DNA of 11,659 nt from a virus (Duplodnaviria > Heunggongvirae > Uroviricota > Caudoviricetes): the IMG/VR virus record IMGVR_UViG_2690316231_000013; one strand, written 5' to 3'. The notes below the pieces were generated by a model. It saw only the letters and a program-made list of their open reading frames with translations, did no database searches and was not told where the DNA came from. This document shows positions 7,348 through 11,659 of this stretch, piece by piece. Numbering within the stretch: the stretch's first letter is position 1; each line of letters begins with the position of its first letter. A program made the translations under genes and the position numbers.

Positions 7348-7803
7348 GTGAACCTACCACAAGATGGCATCAAACTGCATCGCGGTAACTTCACCGCTAT
7401 CGGCCAGCAGATCCAGCCTTATCTGGAGGACGGAAAATGCTTTCGCATGGTGCTTAAACCGTGGCGTGAGAAACGCAGTCTTTCCCAGAATGCACTCAGC
7501 CACATGTGGTACAGCGAAATCAGTGAATACCTCATCAGCAGGGGGAAATCGTTCGCTACCGCAGCATGGGTAAAAGATGCTCTCAAACACACATACCTCG
7601 GTTATGAAACCAAGGACCTGGTTGATGTCGTAACCGGCGAAATCACTACTATCCAGTCGTTACGCCATACCTCCGATCTTGATACCGGAGAGATGTATAT
7701 CTTCCTGTGTAAGGTTGAAGCCTGGGCGGTGAATATTGGCTGCCACCTGACTATTCCGCAGAGCTGCGAGTTCCAGCAGCTCCGCGACAAACAGGAGGCG
7801 TAA
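7348..7803 (+). CDS. ybcN: YbcN-like DLP12-type prophage protein (NinB position), 151 aa
   Basis: GTG start at 7348 preceded by GGAGG (7336-7340). Translation [39 protein letters not shown]... matches my recollection of K-12 YbcN nearly residue for residue. Confidence 0.8.
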   Translation: MNLPQDGIKLHRGNFTAIGQQIQPYLEDGKCFRMVLKPWREKRSLSQNALSHMWYSEISEYLISRGKSFATAAWVKDALKHTYLGYETKDLVDVVTGEITTIQSLRHTSDLDTGEMYIFLCKVEAWAVNIGCHLTIPQSCEFQQLRDKQEA

Positions 7804-7973
7804 TGGCTACACCGCTTATTCGTGTCATGAACGGACACATCTACAGAGTACCAAATCGTCGTAAGCGTAAACCGGAGCTGAAGCCTTCCGAAATACCAAC
7901 ACTGCTCGGATATACCGCCAGCCTGGTTGATAAAAAATGGTTGCGACTGGCAGCAAGGAGGAGTCATGGCTGA
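7803..7973 (+). CDS. ninE: NinE-family protein, 56 aa (below the ORF-track size cutoff)
   Basis: ATG at 7803 overlaps the ybcN stop (TAATG). Translation [56 protein letters not shown]. Confidence 0.7.
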   Translation: MATPLIRVMNGHIYRVPNRRKRKPELKPSEIPTLLGYTASLVDKKWLRLAARRSHG

Positions 7974-8256
7974 TTTGAGAAAAGCAGCGCGTGGTCGGGA
8001 ATGCCAGGTAAGAATCCCTGGCGTATGTAATGGCAACCCTGAAACGTCTGTACTGGCACATATCCGGCTGACTGGATTGTGCGGCACCGGTACGAAACCG
8101 CCAGACCTGATTGCCACCATTGCATGTTCTGCCTGCCACGACGAAATCGACCGCCGCACACATTTTGTCGATGCTGCATATGCAAAAGAATGCGCGCTGG
8201 AAGGTATGGCGAGAACACAGGTTATCTGGCTGAAAGAGGGGGTTATTAAGGCGTGA
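7966..8256 (+). CDS. ybcO: YbcO-like prophage protein (DUF1364, putative nuclease), 96 aa
   Basis: ATG at 7966 preceded by AGGAGG (7956-7961) and overlapping the ninE stop; the track start at 7927 is an upstream alternative. Cys-rich [62 protein letters not shown]... Confidence 0.75.
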   Translation: MADLRKAARGRECQVRIPGVCNGNPETSVLAHIRLTGLCGTGTKPPDLIATIACSACHDEIDRRTHFVDAAYAKECALEGMARTQVIWLKEGVIKA

Positions 8257-8615
8257 ATACCTACAGCATCACATTACCCTGGCCTCCGAGCAATAATCGC
8301 TATTACCGCCATAATCGCGGGCGCACACACATCAGCGCAGAAGGGCAGGCATACCGCGATAACGTCACCCGAATCATTAAAAACGCAATGCTGGATATCG
8401 GCCTGGCTATGCCAGTGAAAATCCGTATTGAGTGCCACATGCCGGATCGCCGTCGCCGTGACCTGGATAATCTGCAAAAAGCCGCTTTTGACGCACTCAC
8501 CAAAGCAGGTTTCTGGCTGGATGATGCTCAGGTCGTTGATTACCGCGTTGTGAAGATGCCTGTTACCAAAGGTGGGAGGCTGGAACTGACCATCACCGAA
8601 ATGGGGAATGAATGA
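8253..8615 (+). CDS. rusA: RusA Holliday-junction resolvase, 120 aa
   Basis: GTG start overlapping the ybcO stop. [25 protein letters not shown]...[31 protein letters not shown] matches RusA as recalled. Confidence 0.9.
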   Translation: MNTYSITLPWPPSNNRYYRHNRGRTHISAEGQAYRDNVTRIIKNAMLDIGLAMPVKIRIECHMPDRRRRDLDNLQKAAFDALTKAGFWLDDAQVVDYRVVKMPVTKGGRLELTITEMGNE

Positions 8616-8752
8616 TGTTTGAGTTTAATATGGCAGAACTTCTTCGCCACCGCTGGATGCGCCTGCGCTTATATCGTTTCCCCAGTTCTGTTTTGACCGA
8701 TTACCGAATACTGAGGAATTACGCCAAAACCCTGACAGGAGCAGGAGTATGA
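8612..8752 (+). CDS. ylcG: YlcG-like small protein, 46 aa (not in the ORF track)
   Basis: ATGATG at 8612 overlaps the rusA stop. Translation [46 protein letters not shown]. Confidence 0.65.
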   Translation: MMFEFNMAELLRHRWMRLRLYRFPSSVLTDYRILRNYAKTLTGAGV

Positions 8753-8837
8753 AGTCAGAGATAACAATCAACTAATACTGTTTTATTGATTTTTGCTTGT
8801 AATTGGCGTTCTGGTCTGATTTTTGTGGAGTAAGTTG

Positions 8838-9221
8838 ATGCGTGATATTCAGATGGTTCTTGAGCGTTGGGGAGCGTGGGCGGCTAATAATCATGAAGAT
8901 GTGACCTGGTCGTCCATTGCCGCCGGTTTTAAGGGATTAATTACTTCAAAAGTAAAATCTCGCCCGCAATGTTGTGACGATGACGCGATGATCATTTGCG
9001 GGTGCATGGCCCGTCTGAAAAAGAACAACAGCGATTTGCACGATTTATTAGTAGATTATTATGTAGTCGGTATGACATTCATGTCACTGGCAGGTAAGCA
9101 TTGCTGCTCTGATGGTTATATCGGGAAAAGGTTACAGAAGGCTGAGGGTATAATTGAAGGGATGTTAATGGCATTAGATATCCGGTTAGAGATGGATATC
9201 GTTGTTAATAACTCTAATTAA
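8838..9221 (+). CDS. quuD: Late-gene antiterminator Q (DLP12 QuuD-type), 127 aa
   Basis: ATG at 8838 with GGAG 7 nt upstream; the track start at 8823 is [29 protein letters not shown]...[16 protein letters not shown]... matches the QuuD-type Q family as recalled. Confidence 0.85.
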   Translation: MRDIQMVLERWGAWAANNHEDVTWSSIAAGFKGLITSKVKSRPQCCDDDAMIICGCMARLKKNNSDLHDLLVDYYVVGMTFMSLAGKHCCSDGYIGKRLQKAEGIIEGMLMALDIRLEMDIVVNNSN

Positions 9222-9254
9222 TATGCCAATTGTTTACTAAAAATTATTAAAAAT

Positions 9255-9272
9255 GGGGCGTTGAGACGCCCC
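9255..9272 (-). terminator. GC-rich stem-loop with a T-run on the minus strand (candidate terminator)
   Basis: GGGGCGT-tgag-ACGCCCC perfect 7-bp stem. On the minus strand it is followed by ATTTTTAATAATTTTT; on the plus strand it is followed by A-rich sequence, so it is not a plus-strand intrinsic terminator. Confidence 0.45.
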
Positions 9273-9338
9273 CAAAAATAAAGGGTAATATATAACAGAA
9301 GGTTTATATAGTTAGAAGCAAGGTTGTGCTCCTAAAGG

Positions 9339-9394
9339 AAGTGGCTTGAGGGAGCCACTTATATGTTGGGGAGGCAAAGCCTCCCGCAACATAT
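9339..9394. terminator. Two adjacent stem-loops directly 3' of the porin gene (candidate porin terminators and/or barrier to plus-strand read-through from Q)
   Basis: AAGTGGCT-tgaggg-AGCCACTT (9339-9360) and ATATGTTGGGGAGGC-aaa-GCCTCCCGCAACATAT (9361-9394, one bulge), 16 nt from the porin stop at 9410-9412. On the plus strand followed by CTTTTAG. Confidence 0.5.
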
Positions 9395-9409
9395 CTTTTA
9401 GTAATCAAA

Positions 9410-10492
9410 TTAGAACTGGTAAACCATACCTACAGCAACGATATCATCGGTAGCAACGCCAGATGCTTTCGTGAAATCGCTCTTATCAATCAGGTTGATT
9501 TTGTAATCAACAAAAGTGGACATATTTTTGTTGAAGTAATAGGTTGCACCTACATCAATATATTCAACCAGGTCCTGATCACCCCACGCACCCAAGTCTT
9601 TTCCTTTAGATTGCAGGTAAGCAACGGACGGACGCAGACCGAAGTCGAACTGATATTGTGCAACTACTTCGAAGTTTTGTGCTTTGTTGGCAATATGGTT
9701 ATTACCAAAAACAGTCATGTTCTGGGTTTCAGAATAGGTGGTAGCCAGATAGATGTTGTTCGCATCATATTTCAGACCAGCTGCCCATACTTCAGCATTT
9801 TGACCAGATGCATTCAGGCTGTTGTTACCGTAGATAACCTGATTATTAGTGCGGTCAGATTTAGCATAGGTTGCACCTACACCGAATCCTTCATACTCAT
9901 AAGTAGTGGAGAAACCGAAACCATCACCATTAGCTTCAGTTACGTCAGTGCGGTCATTTTTACCCTGATACTGAGCAGCAAAGTTCAGACCATCAACCAG
10001 ACCAAAGAAGTCATTGTTACGATAAGTTGCAACACCTGTGGTGCGACCAGTCATGAATACATCTGTTTGGGTCCAGGTATCGCCACCGAATTCTGGCAGA
10101 ACGTCGGTCCATGCACCAATATCGTATGCTACACCGTAGTTACGGCCATAATCGATGGAGCCGTAGTCACCGAATTTCAGGCCAGCGAAGGCAAGACGGG
10201 TTTTATCTTTGGAGGAACCTTGAGATTCAGCGCGGTTGCCTTTGAATTCATATTCCCACTGACCGAAACCAGTCAGTTGATCGTTGATTTGGGTTTCACC
10301 TTTGAAGCCAAGACGGGCATAAGTAGTATCACCATCATCTGCATCATTAGAGGAGAAGTAGTGCTTAGCATTAACTTTCCCGTACAGATCCAGCTTGTTA
10401 CTGTCTTTATTATAAATTTCAGCTGCCTGAGCAGACATCGCCATCAGTACTGATGCAGCTACAGCAGAAATTGCCACTGTTAATTTTTTCAT
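9410..10492 (-). CDS. nmpC: General diffusion porin of the OmpC/NmpC/OmpD family, 360 aa, apparently intact
   Basis: ORF-track ORF 9410..10552 trimmed to the ATG at 10490-10492 ([23 protein letters not shown] signal peptide, then AEIYNKD...). C-terminal ...VGMVYQF with terminal Phe. Position between Q and holin on the opposite strand matches DLP12 nmpC. Confidence 0.85.
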   Translation of the reverse strand: MKKLTVAISAVAASVLMAMSAQAAEIYNKDSNKLDLYGKVNAKHYFSSNDADDGDTTYARLGFKGETQINDQLTGFGQWEYEFKGNRAESQGSSKDKTRLAFAGLKFGDYGSIDYGRNYGVAYDIGAWTDVLPEFGGDTWTQTDVFMTGRTTGVATYRNNDFFGLVDGLNFAAQYQGKNDRTDVTEANGDGFGFSTTYEYEGFGVGATYAKSDRTNNQVIYGNNSLNASGQNAEVWAAGLKYDANNIYLATTYSETQNMTVFGNNHIANKAQNFEVVAQYQFDFGLRPSVAYLQSKGKDLGAWGDQDLVEYIDVGATYYFNKNMSTFVDYKINLIDKSDFTKASGVATDDIVAVGMVYQF

Positions 10493-10770
10493 CGTGAGCC
10501 CTTTTTTTGAACTATTATTAAAAAATGATGTCACTGCGCGATAAATATTCATCTAATCAATGTGATTATTTCAAGATGTAAGTTTTGGTTTCTCATTTGA
10601 TTTGTGAAGTAGATCTCTATTTTTATCTGAACTTTTTCTATCGAATCCTATTCATGGCTCTTGGCTGAATAAAAATAAATCTATTAGCCAATTTATATTA
10701 ATGGCTGTTATTTATAAGTGCTCTATAATTTGAAGATTCAATTTAAACCAGCTAAAAATAACGCTGGAAA

Positions 10771-10791
10771 TTATTTGTTGGTTATTTGTTG
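10771..10791. repeat. Tandem direct repeat TTATTTGTTG-g-TTATTTGTTG in the AT-rich region upstream of the porin gene
   Basis: Read directly: 10771-10780 and 10782-10791 are identical 10-mers. Confidence 0.5.
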
Positions 10792-10918
10792 AGATTTGCT
10801 TATGTATTTGTAGTGGTGTTTTCAATACTCGGTAGCATTCTCGCAAATATCATTTAGTGGTTTACGTACGTAAAAAATTGGTTATGCTGTTAAGAGTGGT
10901 TACTTCGTCACACAGCTT

Positions 10919-10951
10919 AAACCCGCCGTCGAGCGGGTTTTTCCATTTTTT
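10919..10951 (+). terminator. Intrinsic terminator on the plus strand about 130 nt upstream of the holin start (candidate tR'-like late terminator)
   Basis: AAACCCGC-cgtcga-GCGGGTTT stem followed by TTCCATTTTTT. Confidence 0.6.
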
Positions 10952-11079
10952 GAGTCTCGATATTAGCTGATAACCCAATACCTGAGTTATTCACTGACTC
11001 CGAGTCTGTTAAGTTTCTGCTTTTTTGCGATACGTTGTATTCCCTCAATTTACACCCGCTTTGTCTGCGAGGTGGGGTT

Positions 11080-11295
11080 ATGAAATCCATGGATAAGTTA
11101 ACAACGGGTGTCGCCTATGGCACCTCAGCAGGTAGTGCCGGTTACTGGTTTTTACAGCTGCTCGATAAAGTCACGCCCTCACAGTGGGCAGCAATAGGTG
11201 TGCTGGGTAGCCTGGTATTTGGCCTGCTGACGTACCTGACAAACCTTTATTTCAAGATTAAAGAAGATAAGCGCAAGGCTGCGAGAGGTGAATAA
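11080..11295 (+). CDS. essD: Class II holin / pinholin (phage 21 S-type), 71 aa, with dual start motif
   Basis: ATG at 11080; the track start at 11035 is an upstream alternative. [26 protein letters not shown]...[15 protein letters not shown] has Met1 and Met4 (MKSM) as in S21-type holin/antiholin pairs, two TM segments and a charged C-terminus. Confidence 0.85.
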
Positions 11296-11550
11296 TGCCT
11301 CCATCATTACGAAAAGCCGTTGCTGCTGCTATTGGTGGCGGAGCAATTGCTATAGCATCAGTGTTAATTACTGGCCCAAGTGGTAACGATGGTCTGGAAG
11401 GTGTCAGCTACGTACCATACAAAGATATCGTTGGCGTATGGACTGTATGTCACGGACACACCGGAAAAGACATCATGCTCGGTAAAACGTATACCAAAGC
11501 AGAATGCAAAGCACTCTTGAATAAAGACCTTGCCACTGTCGCCAGACAAA
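11295..11550 (+). pseudogene. rrrD: SAR endolysin (phage 21 R-type lysozyme, rrrD-like), truncated after about 85 codons by an IS5-family element
   Basis: ATG at 11295 overlaps the holin stop (TAATG). N-terminal signal-anchor-release domain [27 protein letters not shown], then lysozyme sequence up to ...KDLATVARQ. From 11551 the sequence is an IS end and the frame reads [15 protein letters not shown] then stop. Confidence 0.8.
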
Positions 11551-11659
11551 GGAAGGTGCGAATAAGCAGGTCATTTCTTCCCAAGCTGACTCGCTGATTA
11601 AAATTTCTCGGATCTGGGCCGATTTTTTTCCCGCAAACACATCGAATCAGCCTATTTAG
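11551..11659. mobile_element. Terminal about 109 bp of an IS5-family insertion sequence (IS5-like but diverged); the element continues beyond the window
   Basis: Starts GGAAGGTGCGAATAAGC (the IS5 terminal inverted repeat as I recall it) and ends ...GAATCAGCCTATTTAG. Internal positions differ from IS5 at many sites, roughly 75-80% identical by eye. Confidence 0.65.

Noticed and set aside
7602-8218. Minus-strand ORFs 7602..8159, 7825..8163 and 7964..8218
   Set aside because: Antisense to ybcN, ninE and ybcO, which match recognisable DLP12 proteins.
9611-10453. 280-aa plus-strand ORF inside the porin gene
   Set aside because: Antisense to the porin, with no signal of a real protein.
10493-10552. 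20-codon N-terminal extension of the porin in the ORF track ([20 protein letters not shown])
   Set aside because: The signal peptide begins at the internal MKKLTVAIS...; the extension would place a non-signal sequence in front of it.
11035-11079. 15-codon N-terminal extension of the holin in the ORF track
   Set aside because: The conserved holin begins at MKSMDK, where the dual-start motif lies.
9222-11079. Possible stx toxin genes or tRNA genes between Q and the holin, as in Stx-converting phages
   Set aside because: The space is occupied by the inverted porin gene and AT-rich leader; no cloverleaf-like segments or A/B toxin ORFs were seen.
1-11659. CRISPR array
   Set aside because: No regularly spaced direct repeats anywhere in the window; the only tandem repeat is the two-copy 10-mer at 10771-10791.

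Overview
This window reads as the left junction and early/late-gene remnant of a defective, mosaic lambdoid prophage in an E. coli/Shigella-type genome. All calls come from reading the sequence and recalling protein families; no database search was run. The leftmost ~290 bp encode, on the minus strand, a MerR-family HTH regulator fragment (probably mlrA/yehV) truncated at its 5' end by the prophage. Then follow a tyrosine integrase, an excisionase, a lambda-like exo-xis block of small ORFs (Ea22-like, TraR/DksA-like orf73, orf61/orf63/orf60a-like), an apparently intact lambda-type exonuclease and a frameshifted, 5'-truncated bet. Where gam-kil-cIII-N-cI-cro-cII-O-P would sit there is instead a ~1.7 kb low-GC island carrying a two-lipoprotein operon and a divergent small membrane ORF. 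The first lipoprotein is broken by a 1-nt frameshift in an A6 tract; the second is a SlyB/Pcp-like glycine-zipper lipoprotein. Downstream is a DLP12-type block: ybcN, ninE, ybcO, rusA, ylcG, Q antiterminator, an inverted intact NmpC-type porin, a pinholin with dual start, and a SAR endolysin cut off after codon ~85 by the end of an IS5-family element that runs off the window. No stx, tRNA or CRISPR was seen. The most interesting candidate is the low-GC outer-membrane cargo island together with the porin.
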